A stretch of 61,604 nt of DNA, the filler included, from Pirum gemmata (lineage: Eukaryota): NCBI GenBank assembly GCA_002812295.1. It is 14 parts of 14 records of this genome, joined end to end, with 100 filler letters (N's around TTAATTAATTAA, not from the genome) between each part and the next. Parts side by side here need not be neighbours in the genome. Positions count along the whole stretch, not along the records: positions 21,368 to 25,440 come from PDIN01001543.1; positions 25,541 to 29,597 come from PDIN01001544.1; positions 29,698 to 36,658 come from PDIN01001545.1; positions 36,759 to 40,827 come from PDIN01001546.1; 10 more parts are not named here. One strand, 5' to 3'. Under the pieces are notes generated by a model that did not search any database, was not told the origin of the DNA, and saw only the letters and a list, made by a program, of their open reading frames with translations. The translations under genes and the position numbers were made by a program. Below are positions 23,851 through 36,835 of the stretch, in pieces (the stretch's first letter is position 1; each line of letters opens with the position of its first letter).

Positions 23851-25567
23851 TAGCTAGGACTTTTCTACAATCGATTACGTCACAAATACAGAAAAAGGTA
23901 TTTTCAATGTATATTGGTTAAAAAAAAGGTGTGACCTTTACATTTTTTTTTTTTTTAAGTTTGTGATTCGTCTAGAACCATAAATGGTTTTTTTTTTTTT
24001 TCTTTTTTCTACATTATAATATTATAGTCTATATCGTGCTTTTCAGTTGTTTTGTAATTATTCAAAAAATATACAATAAAGAATACCAAATTAATACAAT
24101 ATAAATCCATTTCATTTAATTTGGTATATTTTAATGTTGAATATGTTCAGTGCACAACCGCACAATGCACATGTTCAGTGCACTCTTGTTCACTCAACTT
24201 CTTTCACTATGATAGGCTATTAGATTATGGCTATTAGAGCTGGGCTAATTTTATAAAAAGGTATTTATATAAGAAGAAAAAGAATTCGAAGAAAAGGGGA
24301 ATTAAAACGTTAGGTTAAGGGTTAGGGCTAGGGTTAATTAGGGGTTGGGTTGGGTTACGGTTACGGTTACGGTTACGGTTACGGTTACGGTTACGGTTTC
24401 GGGTTAGGATTAGGATTAGGATTAGGATTATGGCTATTAGAGCTGGGTTAAAAAGGTATAATATTAATAAGAAGAGAAAGAAGAAAAGGCGAATTACGAG
24501 GGTTAGAGTTTTAAAAAGTTAAAGTTAAAAAAGTTAGGTTTAGGTTTAGGGCTCGGGTTAATTAGGGTTTGGGTTACGGTTACGGTTACGGTTACGGTTA
24601 CGGTTGCGGTTTTAGGGTTAGGATTAATTAGGGTTAGGATCAGGGTTAAGGTTAGGGTTAGGGTTAGGGTTATGCATATCATACAATTATATTTATTAAT
24701 ATGATAAGTTATTATAATATGTTTAGGATTAGGATTAGGATTAGGATTAGGGTTAGGGTTAGGGTTAGGTTAGGCACATCATATATATATATTATGATAA
24801 TATGTTCAGGCGTTTATTTCATGATCGGGTTTCATCTTAGTACTATATCATATATTAATATATAATATTCTTATTTTTATAGAGGTTTTCATTATTATTT
24901 TTACAAAATAATTTTAATAAAAATGAATGGATTTTAATAAATAAACGCTAACCCCAACGCTAATACTAACGCTAATCCCAACCCTGAACACTAACCCTAT
25001 TTCCTTAACTCTAACCCTTACCCTAATCCTAGCCCTATTTCTCTAACCCTAACCCTAACGTGATTACGACTATAATGAAATTTAATATGATAAAGTGGAG
25101 GCTTAAATTTTGATTGTGATACCCAGTTAATTATTATATTCATTTGTTTCTTTAGATTTACTTGTTTGTTTTTAAAAAAGTTGACATGTATACGTATACG
25201 TACAATTCTATTTCCCTAAGGGTTTGTTTTGCTGAACCATAATAATTAATGACTAGCTTGTAGTTGGGCTAAGTTGAAGTAACTTTCGCGTTTAGTGTAA
25301 CGTTATGGTAGGTGTACCCTAACCATAATAACTAACCCTAACCCTAACCCTAACCCTAACCCTAACCCTAACCCTAACCCTAACCCTAACCCTAACCCTA
25401 ACCCCAACCTACCCCTGACCATAACCCTAACCCTAACCTTNNNNNNNNNNNNNNNNNNNNNNNNNNNNNNNNNNNNNNNNNNNNTTAATTAATTAANNNN
25501 NNNNNNNNNNNNNNNNNNNNNNNNNNNNNNNNNNNNNNNNGGGGGCGGGGGTGGGGGTATTACTTAC

Positions 25568-25700
25568 AAGCATTTTTACTACGGCATTTTCCAGTTGTAT
25601 GTTCTGTTGAACCACAGGTATAACACATTTGTGCTGCGGCCTCCTTTTTCTTAGGACAGTGAGCAATAGTATGTCCGACTCCTCTACAAGCAAAGCAGAT
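25568..25700 (-). CDS. ZCCHC9: ZCCHC9-like protein, exon 2 (two CCHC zinc knuckles); gene truncated at the contig end
   Basis: AAG acceptor at 25703-25701; ICFACRGVGHTIAHC and MCYTCGSTEHTTGKC; GTAAGT donor starting at 25567. Confidence 0.85.
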
Positions 25701-25879
25701 CTTTGTTGTATATAACAATGAACATGAGTATGAGTGTGAGTGTGAGTATGAGTATGAGTATGAGTATATTATGATTATGATTTTGAATATGGTTATAATT
25801 ATAATTATGATTATGATTATGATTATGATTATGATTATGACACACACATATACGTACATACGTACATACGTACAAACAC

Positions 25880-25912
<33 letters not shown>

Positions 25913-26202
25913 GACATACGTACATACATACATACATACATAAACACACACGTACATTCATAAATACATACCCACACATATCACACAAAAGAAATATAAA
26001 AATAATATATTATAAGAACAGTCTATTTTCCAAGAACAACAGAAAAGACTTTCCAAGAAAACAACATGTAATTTCACAATTTTTAGTAGGTACAATAATA
26101 ACACTAACAAAAACACCAACAACAACGCCACCAACAACAACGCCACCAACAACAGCAATAACAACACCGGAAACAAAAAAACCAAAACAAAACAAAAAAT
26201 AC

Positions 26203-26469
26203 CTTTCCCTTTGACTTTCTTAATCTTCGCCTTTCAGCCTCACGCTCTTGTTTCGTGCTTTTAACAATTCCATTATTACTTTTATTTTTCAAATTATTAT
26301 TTTTTGGTCTCTCGGTAGCACTAGTAGTTTTATTATCGTTATTATTATCATTCTCATTATTACTGTTATCCTTTCTTTTTGGTTGTGGCTTTTTACTAGG
26401 GTCGTTGAATTTCCCAAATTCTGTAGCTTCTCCAGCGTGTGTTTTCTTATATCTAGCAAAACGTGTCAT
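26203..26469 (-). CDS. ZCCHC9: ZCCHC9-like protein, exon 1
   Basis: N-terminus MTRFAR...EATEF resembles the ZCCHC9 start MTRWAR...PATSW; basic REAERRRLRK segment; 267 nt ending at a phase-0 GT donor in frame with exon 2. Confidence 0.82.
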
Positions 26470-26575
26470 GTTTACTGTAGTTTATTATAGTTATGATTCA
26501 ACAATAATAAAAAGTGATAGTAAAAGGTTTGTTTTAATAAGAATAATAATAAAATAAAACCAAACCCAAAACCAA

Positions 26576-26610
<35 letters not shown>

Positions 26611-27484
26611 AAAACAAAAAATAAAACCAAAAAACAAAAATACTATGTGACTCTCAAAACTAAAAAACAAAACAAAAAATTTTTTTTATCAGTGTATCAT
26701 ACATGAGTAATAAAGGATACTTTTTTTTTTAACAGCCAGGCCAGATAAAACGGTTGAAATCTTTTTTTTTTTAGACCTCTTTCCAAAAAACTTTAATATT
26801 AGCCAAATTGTTTTTAAAAACTGGCCATTGGCTTATAATAGAGTTTTCTATTTAAGAAGATTTCTCAAATTTTGGTAGTACTTTTTTACAAATTGGAGTA
26901 TTTTGAGTTTTTTGGATTTTGGGCTCTATGGTGGATGTCGCCATTTTTATCTGACTTAATATACACATAGTTAAAAAAAAAAAAAGACCTTATCTTGATT
27001 AAGCGAAAAACTGAGCGAATATTTTTTTTCAATTGTGTTCAAATAAATATGAATATTTTCCTTCCGCAAATAATTTTGCGCGTGCACGTGTGGATAATAC
27101 TACTAGCTAGCTAGCTAACTAGCTAGTAGCTATCATAGCTAGCTAGCTAGTTAGTAGTTGGCTAGCTAGCTAGAGCTATCGTGTTTTTTAGTAGTTCAAA
27201 AACTAAAATAAACATACCAAATTGTTATTATGATTAAACTATCAGACATATTTTAATTAATTTGGTATTTATAAACAAGTTTAATTATACACTTAAACAG
27301 TATAATAGACTACCAAATTAAAGATTGAGAGGTATGATAATGATTCTAGCGTCATTGACTATAGCTACTAGCTATAGAGTAACTGAGTAAGTATCATAAT
27401 ATCATAATATTTTAATATCGATAATTATGATACCGTGCTAGGATAGTGTAAATACATCATCATCATCACCACCATCATCATCAT

Positions 27485-27537
<53 letters not shown>

Positions 27538-27615
27538 ATTGAAATTCGGTATTAATATATATTATTAATATAATAATATCATTTAATATTAATAATAGTT
27601 ATAATAATATTAAAA

Positions 27616-27812
27616 TATCGTGCTTTTCAGTTGTTTTTTTATTATATAATATCATAAATTTACAATAAAGAGTACCAAATTAATACAATATAAATCCTTT
27701 TCATTTGATTTGGTATATTTTATTATCCATTTATTTATTTAACAATACCAATTAAAAAATTATAACCAACCAAATAAATATTTGGAGTGACAAAATAAAT
27801 GAAAAAGCGCTA
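27616..27812. mobile_element. MITE family A (about 185 bp; TIR GTGCTTTTCAKTTRTTTTGTCA), representative copy
   Basis: At least 12 full or partial copies, starting near 3439, 21222, 24032, 29436, 34269, 41358, 49190, 55385, 56113, 57047, 59560 and 60208. Confidence 0.88.
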
Positions 27813-27884
27813 TTCGTAGTACAAAAGTTGGAAAATTTCATAAAAGATCACACTTGACAGTCTATTTTTAAAATATATATATTA

Positions 27885-29186
27885 CTCAGTATGGCAAACT
27901 TTAAATTTCGAATGTTTTTAATTTTAAAAAAAAAGATTTTTGTTTTAACAAATATTATTATAACAACGTTATCAGATAACTAAAATGCAAAAAACAATTC
28001 GTGTTTTTAAATATATAATGCGTGAACGTTAACGGTTCGTGAACAGTCCGTGAACTCAATTGCGCAGACTTAGTTTATAATCAACAACTACACCCTAACC
28101 CTAACCCTAACCCTAATGAGTGTATATTTGACAATATAATATTATATCATATAATACCTTTCAATATATTAAAAAACTAAGCAACTATTAATACGTATAT
28201 TAATACATGTAATTAATTAACAATAAAGATTTAGGAAAAAAAAAGAAGAAAAAAAATATATTGGTTGTAGTGACGTGCAGGGGGTAAGTTGACGAAACCA
28301 CTTGAAATAATAATAATAATAATAATAATAATATTAATACAATAATAGATTCCATCTAATAATATTAATATTAAATTAAATTAATAATAATAAGAATATT
28401 AATAATAATCAACAAACACAAACAAACAAACACAAACACACAAACACACAAACACACAAACATACAAATACACAAACACACAAACACACAAACACACAAA
28501 CACACAACAACACAAACACACAACCACACAACCACACAACCACACAACCACACAAACATACAAACATACAAACACACAAACACACAAACATACAAATACT
28601 ATTACAAACATATATTATATTATATAATTTATTATACAAACAAACGAATTGTACATGTGCGAGTCTGCGGATCCTGCACTCAGTATGGCAAACTTTCGAA
28701 TGTTTTTAAAATTAAAAAAAGATATTTTTTTTAACAAATATTATTATAACAACGTTATCAGATAACTAAAATGCAAAAAACAATTCGTGTTTTTAAATAT
28801 ATAATGCGTGAACGGTTCGTGAACAGTCCGTGAACTCAATTGCCCAGACTTAGTTTATAATCAACAAATACACCCTAACCCTAACCCTAACCCTAATGAG
28901 TGTATATTTGACAATATAATATTATATCATATAATATATACCTTTCAATATATTAAAAAACTAAGCAACTATTAATATCAATACGTATACATGCAATTAA
29001 TTAACAATAAAGATTTAGGAAAAAAAAAGAAGAAAAAAAATATATTGGTTGTAGTGACGTGCAGGGGGTAAGTTGACGAACACACAAACACACAAACATA
29101 CAAATACTATTACAAACATATATTATATTATATAATTTATTATACAAACAAACGAATTGTACTTGTGCGAGTCTGCGGATCCTGCA
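27885..29186. repeat. Head-to-tail tandem duplication (27885-28678 and 28679-29186)
   Basis: Both units start CTCAGTATGGCAAAC and end GCGGATCCTGCA; unit 1 has about 290 extra bp of (AAT)n and (CACAAACA)n. Confidence 0.92.
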
Positions 29187-29562
29187 TGATAAGTAGCTAT
29201 TAGGATATTGTTGGACACATGTACACGTAGTGGGCGGCACCCCACGACCCAATTCAGGAAAAAAAATCTGCTACAAAATTTACAAAAATAATTATTATGA
29301 TTTCATAATCTCTATCATACTCAGACTCAGTCTTCAGACTATAGTTAGTTCTATAGTTACAAAATTATTTACATAGCTTTTAGGCTTTGAGGTAGAATTT
29401 ACACTGCTTTTACTCTGCTTTTACCTATGATACTTCATATTGTGCTTTTCATTTATTTTGTCACTCCAAATATTTATTTGGTCGGTTATGATATTTAAAT
29501 TGACTTTTTTAAATGAATAAATAGATAATAAAATATACCAAATCAAATGAAATGGATTTATA

Positions 29563-29597
<35 letters not shown>

Positions 29598-31576
29598 NNN
29601 NNNNNNNNNNNNNNNNNNNNNNNNNNNNNNNNNNNNNNNNNTTAATTAATTAANNNNNNNNNNNNNNNNNNNNNNNNNNNNNNNNNNNNNNNNNNNNTGA
29701 TTATTGCTATAGCTGAGTAGTCTGTTATCGACCTTATTATGGACTTATAAGTTCTGATTAAAGTAACTGCGTTGGATTTTATTATTATTGTTATTAGTTA
29801 CTCTGCTAGGTGGTGGCCTGGTCAGGGCTATATATATAATATATAATATATTATTATAAATATATATAATATAAAATCAAATAATAATAATTAACAAAAT
29901 TTAATAAGTAAATAACATAAATTTTCCTAATTATGCGAAAAAAACACCAGGTAGCCCGTATACCATTTTATTTCATTATTATTTTTTTATATTTTTTGTT
30001 TCCAAATCTTTTTAGTAGAAAATAAAATATGATAATTAATTACATGTAGTTAATTCGCTATATATATCGTTTTGTAAGGGAAATATTGTAAAATATGCTT
30101 TCATGAGGATATTATTGTAGCTGTTGGTTATATATTATACTAAACCTTTTAGTTTGCATAATATTATGTGGTTGAAAACATGTATTAATGGCGTTTTTAA
30201 TTACCTTTACTGTAATTTATCTATTGCAGCACAGTACAGTATTAATACGAACCAAAATTTATTTTTTAACACTGTGCAAACAAGTTATAAATCAAACTTA
30301 TATTTTATACCATACAACAGTTAATCTTAGGCATCAATAATGGTCACATTCCACAACACGTCCACAAACACTTAGCAATATATCGCTCATGATCAGTGTG
30401 GCAAAGATTTGAATGGCCGAGGTTTTCAAAAACTACTATAACAGGCTCCTTTATAACAACAAGATTATCAATACAAAAAACAATGTGTTAGTTGGAGCAG
30501 TGTTGGAGCCATCAATAGTTTATTAATTTAAGAGTATTATATAAGCACGCTAATGGCAACTGCAGATAATAATAAAAAAGAGGGTGTCATCCTTCCTATT
30601 ATACCATTATGTGGGCCTATACATGTGAGCTTAGTTATCATAGGTGTGCTTCAATGCTCTCATTCTGCCCCATAATTTTTAATTATATATTATTATATTT
30701 AGTTTTCAATACCGTTCCATTTTTTAATAAAATACATAAATGAAGTTGGGGAAAAGGGTTGGGGAACCGTTCCTAGGGAAATGGGAAAACATAATCGAAT
30801 CAAACAAAGCGATCTTAATTATTAAATAGTGACAATTTTGAAATGATATTCCTTTTTTTTTTCGAGTTTTAAATAATAAATAATAATAAATAATCATAAA
30901 TAATAATAAATAATAATAAATAATAGTTACAATAACAAAAACAAAAACAAAAACAAAAACATAGTTTTTTAATTTGTAAATAAATAAATATTAATAATAA
31001 AAAAAGAATTTTCACAGCCACATATAGGCAGGCTGTGTTAAAAGCTCTATGAACCAATGGCAAGTTTATTAATAAAAAATAATAATTTGGCTATTTTGAT
31101 TCTTGAAAAGAAGTCTGAAAAAGAATGATTTCTACAGTTTTATCCGGCCTAAAAAAAAAAAAGGCAGACAGAATGTAAAGAGGATTGGTGGGTTTTCTCT
31201 GTTTTTTCCCAATCCAATTGTGCATATACATAATTATAGACAAGTAAGATAAACTCAATTTGCTCAATTTGCTCAGATCATAATATCATATCCCATATTT
31301 TGTATAAGGTCAGATAGATATTTTATAGCATAGCACCTTTTAATTTTAAACGGTCTATTATTGGTGGATTTCCATACACAACAACTGACCAACGCCGGGT
31401 CCAACGGTCACCAATGACTCACCATTGACTCACCAACTTTAAAAAAAAAAAAAATCAATTTTTTTTTGGAAGAAATCGATTTTTCTTTTTTTTTTATGAT
31501 ATTATGATAATGAGCACAACCCTCTACTAGCTAGGTTTTGGCCAAAACTCAAGTTTTTTAAAATTTTTATTTCCCC

Positions 31577-31607
<31 letters not shown>

Positions 31608-33005
31608 AATGTTTTTTTTTATAATATCGGATAATTTGCACCAAAGAACACAGTTATTATATATAATTTTTTATAAATATCGATAATGTTTTGTAGATAA
31701 ATATATATATATCAAAATACAAAACAATAACCTTTTATATATAAATTGCTTACTAAATAGAACAATTTAATACTTAAATTAATATATTAATATTGTCTTG
31801 TTACTATTATTATTATTACTATATTACTATCACTAAAGATTACTATTACTATTACTATCACCATTGCGCACCTAGTAGAAGATTGGAAGATTTCATTCCA
31901 AAAGACTCACCAGAGAAGACTCAGAACTTCAGAAGACTCAAGAAGAGTTCAAGAAGATTAAAATTAGTTTAAAATTTTCTAATTTTTTTTTGGTTTGTTT
32001 TTTTTTAACTACCATTGAAGCCGGATAAAAATGGCGGCATCTGTAAACCTTTTTTAAAAAAAATTTTTTTTTATTAGTATGGTGGGGGCAATCTATACAT
32101 AAAATGGACAAATTTTTTATGAGTTCGAAAAAATCAGAAAAAGGTTTAGTTATAATAATTTAATAATTTTAATTGTTGTTGAGTTCTGGCTTGTTGTGCA
32201 CGTGATTTTCATAGAAATACCATAAAATATAGTCTATGATTTCAATTTAACATTTTTCTTTTTGGAAAAGATTTTATTTTTGTTGTGGTCTTTGCTATGA
32301 ATTTTGTTTGAGTGGTCGTTTACATTGGGATTTGTATTTAAGGTTAAGGTTTAGGGTTAGGGTTAGGGTTAGGATTAGGATTAGGATTAGGCTTAGGCTT
32401 ATAGTTATTCTACTAACTAAAGTACTTTTTGGTATTATTATGCATAATGATGTGTAATAATATATTTTTATACATAATAAGATAGCTTCTACTCTCCTCA
32501 GTGTTCACAAACATATAAATAGAAATTTATACAATTTTGATACAATTTATAACCTTAATTTATACTAATTTGATAAACTTTATTATAATTTGATACAATT
32601 TACAATATTATAATATATTATGATAATATAATACAGATACATTTTATTAATTTTAAATATATTATATATAAAATAAACTATTCAGATTCAGATTCAGATT
32701 CAGATTCGATATATTGGAAGGTCATTAGCACTAATACTAATACCAATACCAATACCAATACTAATACCAATACTAATACTAATATTTTAATACTAATCCT
32801 AATACTAATAATAATATAAACGAATAGTAGACGCATTGGGTCAATACAAAGTGTACAGTATTGACTCGGTAACATAAACTAATAATAATACTAATACTAA
32901 CACTAACACTAATATTAATACTAATACTAATACTAATACTAACACTAATACTAACACTAATACTAATACTAATAATATTAATAATAATACTAATACTAAT
33001 ACTAA

Positions 33006-33412
33006 TTATTGTAGTAGAGAAAGGGCTGATTGTACATTGCCTTCATTTTGGTATTCAGCAGGTGGAGGGAAGTCATAATCTTGAGTTTGGTATCCAGCAG
33101 GTGCAGGGTAATCAATAGAATCGTCAAAATCAGGTGGTTGGATGACACTGACCTCGTCGTACGAAGGTAATGGGTCTTCTTCCGAGTTTAATAAGACAGG
33201 CCTAGGAGCGTTGCCAGTTTCATGATTATCATTATCATTATCATTATCATTATCATTATCATTATTGTTCATATCAGTAATGTTGGGGCTGTTGCTTAAC
33301 AAAGCTTTGGAAGTTTTTCTATTTTTGCAATGTCTATATCCGAAAAATACGGCAACAATCAGAATTGCTACTCCAGCTAGAGAACCAAGGACGATTCCAG
33401 CTATAGCTCCAC
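33006..33412 (-). CDS. Single-pass membrane protein, last exon (TM helix plus acidic Pro/Tyr-rich tail)
   Basis: TTTAG acceptor at 33414-33413; GAIAGIVLGSLAGVAILIVAVFFGY followed by RHCKNRK, in frame with ORF 33006-33302; LPSY motif. Confidence 0.85.
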
Positions 33413-33616
33413 CTAAATAATTTAAGAAAAGAAAAGATTTTGCAATTGAATGTCAGTAAATATTAGACGAAATGTAAAATTAAACAAACCACAACTAATA
33501 CTAATAACACGCCACTTCTAATACAATAAATAAAAAATAAAAAATAATAAATAATAAATAATAAATAATAAATAAAAAATAATGAATAATAAATAATTAA
33601 ATAATTAAATAATAAC

Positions 33617-33745
33617 CTGATAGAGGGTCCTTCTCGCATGTAGGATAGATTGTTTTGGGTAGTAAGCCGTAATTTAAACATGTCACATGGTTGGGACTAT
33701 AGCCCTGTGGGCAGATCATGTAACAATAATCACCAACTGGTAATT
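33617..33745 (-). CDS. Same gene, upstream exon encoding a Sushi/CCP-like Cys module
   Basis: TTCCAG acceptor and CAG|GT donor; 129-nt phase 1-1 exon: LPVGDYCYMICPQGYSPNHVTCLNYGLLPKTIYPTCEKDPLS. Confidence 0.78.
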
Positions 33746-33920
33746 CTGGAAATAATAATAATAATAATAATNGTTAACGTTAGGGTTAGGGTTAGGGTTA
33801 GGGTTAGGGTTAGGGTTAAGGTTAAGGTTAGGGTTAGGGTTAGGGTTAAGGTTAAGGTTAGGGTTATGGTAAGCGATAAATAAATCCTGTTGATCATTAA
33901 TACCTCGATTATTCCGAACA

Positions 33921-35183
33921 AGTTGAAAAAGTTGAATAAAGTCACAGAACAAAGTTATTAATCATGAGACCCTTAGAGTCTAAGGAAACATTATTAATGA
34001 CGTCATCATAACACTGAAGAGACTGTAGAGTCAGTGTAGTCTGTGTAGACCACTTACCTTCTTACCTATCTGGTGAAAATAATTATTTATAAGCTTTCAG
34101 ATTTTGCACTGTTTACAAGGTGTATGCAGTAGTTATGCAGTAGTCTAGAAGGTATGTTTAAAAGTGACGTCATTAAATGGCAATCTAAAAGGTATGTTAA
34201 AAGTGACGTCATTGATGAATAATTGAAAAAGGCGAAAAAAAAAGCAAAAAAAGGCCTAGGAAAAAATGATATGCCTTTCATTTATTTTGTTACTCTGAAC
34301 ATTTATTTGGAATGGTTATAATATTTAAATTGACATTTTTAAATCAATATATAGATAATAAAATATACCAAATTAAATTAAATGGGTTTATATTGTATTA
34401 ATTTGGTACTATTTATTGTATATTTTATGATGACAAAACAACTGAAAAGCACTATAGTAGAACTATAGACTAGCTAGCTAGTAGAGAAATTGTTTATGAC
34501 ATACAAAAAATAAAAAGACCAAAATCCTTTTTCATTGGTTATTATGTACACACACGTTCGCAAAAATCTGAGATAAAATTTTTGCAAAATGAACCTCTGA
34601 ACCTCTGGACCAATAAACAGGGTCTAAAAAGACTCTTTATAGAAAATTATTAGGGAGACAATTACGTTTATGATAATAATATTAGTATAAAACTGTATAA
34701 ATATAACTGTAAATATCACTGATGATATCAGTAATGGTGCAGTGCCAGCCAGGCTCAGCTTGGTAGGGTTAGGGTTAGGGTTAAGGACTGTTAGGGTTGG
34801 GTTAGGGTCGCTGAGGTGGCTGCAAGCTGCACAGTGCACACGCTGCTGGCCTAGCTAGCGCTGCTGGCACACAATGTAACAGCTAAAAACGGACTTTTCC
34901 GAGTCTTTTCCGCCTTTTTTCTAGCCCTTTTTTCCCATTTTTTTTTCGCATTTTTCGTTCATTAATTATTAAAGACGTCACTTTTAAACATATTAAAGAC
35001 GTCACTTTTAAACATATCTTTTAGATTGCCATTTTAATGGCTTAAAGTACAATCTGAAGCTTATGAGGTTCATCTTATAGACTCTGATAGGTATGTGGTT
35101 TACAGTGTTTTGATGACGTCATCCATAATCATGATTAATTAATAATAACTTTATTCTGTGACTTTGTTCAACTTTTTTCAACT
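33921..35183. mobile_element. Long imperfect inverted repeat (family H arms at 33921-34265 and 34905-35183)
   Basis: AGTTGAAAAAGTTGAATAAAGTCACAGAA is mirrored by TTCTGTGACTTTGTTCAACTTTTTTCAACT; AAAAGTGACGTC and AATGGCAATCTAAAAG are also mirrored. Confidence 0.75.
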
Positions 35184-36125
35184 CTTTTTTCCAAAATTTC
35201 CTTTATTACAAAATTATTTTTAATCAATTATTAATATATTTATTTATTTTACATTTATTTTTCTTTGTAAGTTATCAATGTTGATTCGGCTCTACAGTTC
35301 CTAACTCTCATCCTCACCCTCACCCTCACCCTGGCCCTAATTTATAATTCCAACCCTTACGTTAAAACCATTACCCTACCCCTGGCCATATTCAGTTGGA
35401 AGTGAATATTAATAAATCAAAATAATATATATATATATATATATATAGACGTTAATTTGATTATTTGCATTCTTAAAAAATAATCAATTTAACGTCTATA
35501 TATATCAAGGTGTAGATAATGTAACACATTAAATTATGTATATATAATAATAGAGGTCTATTATTTATATGAATTATTTTTTCTATAATATATGTATGTA
35601 TTATTTTATTATTTTTAATAATTAACAACTTTGAAGAATAATATTTAGGGAGAAGTTTCTTTTACTCTAACAATAATCTACAATAAGCCAACTTTTACGA
35701 GCATTTAAAAAACATAGAAATCATACTATTTTCTTTATATTAAATTTACTAGTTTTTTTTTTTGAACAACCAAGCCGGATAAACCTGCAAAATACTTCTT
35801 TTCTAAAAATCTTTAATGCTAACTAGCCAAATTATTTTTGGTAGATATTCTACGGTATAATATACTAGGATAAATAAAGCGTCTTATTCATTAGTATTTC
35901 ATTTTTTAAAACAACTAATTAAGTACTTATCAACCGTTACAATTTGAAACAACTCTGAATATTAATATTTTTTTTCCCACCAATTATCACCACAAGTTTA
36001 AAATTAATAATCTAATAGTATATTATATAGAACTGTTATAGACAGGTTTAGAAAAAACAAACCTAATAATAATAATATAATAATAATCATAACAAAACGA
36101 CGATAATATACCATATTATTTATAA

Positions 36126-36350
36126 TCAATTCATGCAACATTTATAAGCCGCATGACATCGAGTACTGTCAGGGTTATTATTAGGGTCTGATAAACATAA
36201 GCCGCTTTTACATTGAGCATTATTTTGACATGAACCGCCAGCTGGGCGAAGTGCATTTACATCTTGGACAACAACAGCAATAACGACTAATAAGAGAGGC
36301 ACTAATTGAATGAAATTCAACTTTCTATTGCTTGTATTTAAAGAGAACAT
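36126..36350 (-). CDS. Small secreted cysteine-rich peptide
   Basis: Hydrophobic signal LVPLLLVVIAVVVQDVNA, then a 41-aa mature region with C-x5-C-x4-C-x12-C-x5-CC. Confidence 0.8.
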   Translation of the reverse strand: MFSLNTSNRKLNFIQLVPLLLVVIAVVVQDVNALRPAGGSCQNNAQCKSGLCLSDPNNNPDSTRCHAAYKCCMN

Positions 36351-36600
36351 TATTATTAATATAGTGTATTAAATAAAATATATGTTTATTTATTTATTTA
36401 GCCAATTTATTACATTAATTAAAAGTATATTAGAATTTTTGTTTTTTATTTTTTTTTTATTAAAAATTATTATTATTTTTGTTTTTTTTTATTTTTATTT
36501 TTATTTTTTTTATATATTTGTTTTTGGTTTTTTATTTATTTATACCTGTTTTCTTTCGAATTTAAAATTCTACAATTAAGTCTTTCATTCATTTCTCTCC

Positions 36601-36643
<43 letters not shown>

Positions 36644-36835
36644 TTTTTTTTTTTTTTTNNNNNNNNNNNNNNNNNNNNNNNNNNNNNNNNNNNNNNNNNN
36701 NNTTAATTAATTAANNNNNNNNNNNNNNNNNNNNNNNNNNNNNNNNNNNNNNNNNNNNATAATAATAATAATAATAGTGACCATACTATCCAAGTAAAAT
36801 TTAAAAGTAATACAAAGAATGATAAGTAAAAATAC

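Noticed and set aside
25320..25440. CCCTAA/TTAGGG tracts at contig ends as true telomeres
   Set aside because: At 25320-25440 the C-rich strand runs toward the contig 3' end, the wrong polarity for a chromosome end; most other tracts are internal, and contigs also break at other microsatellites
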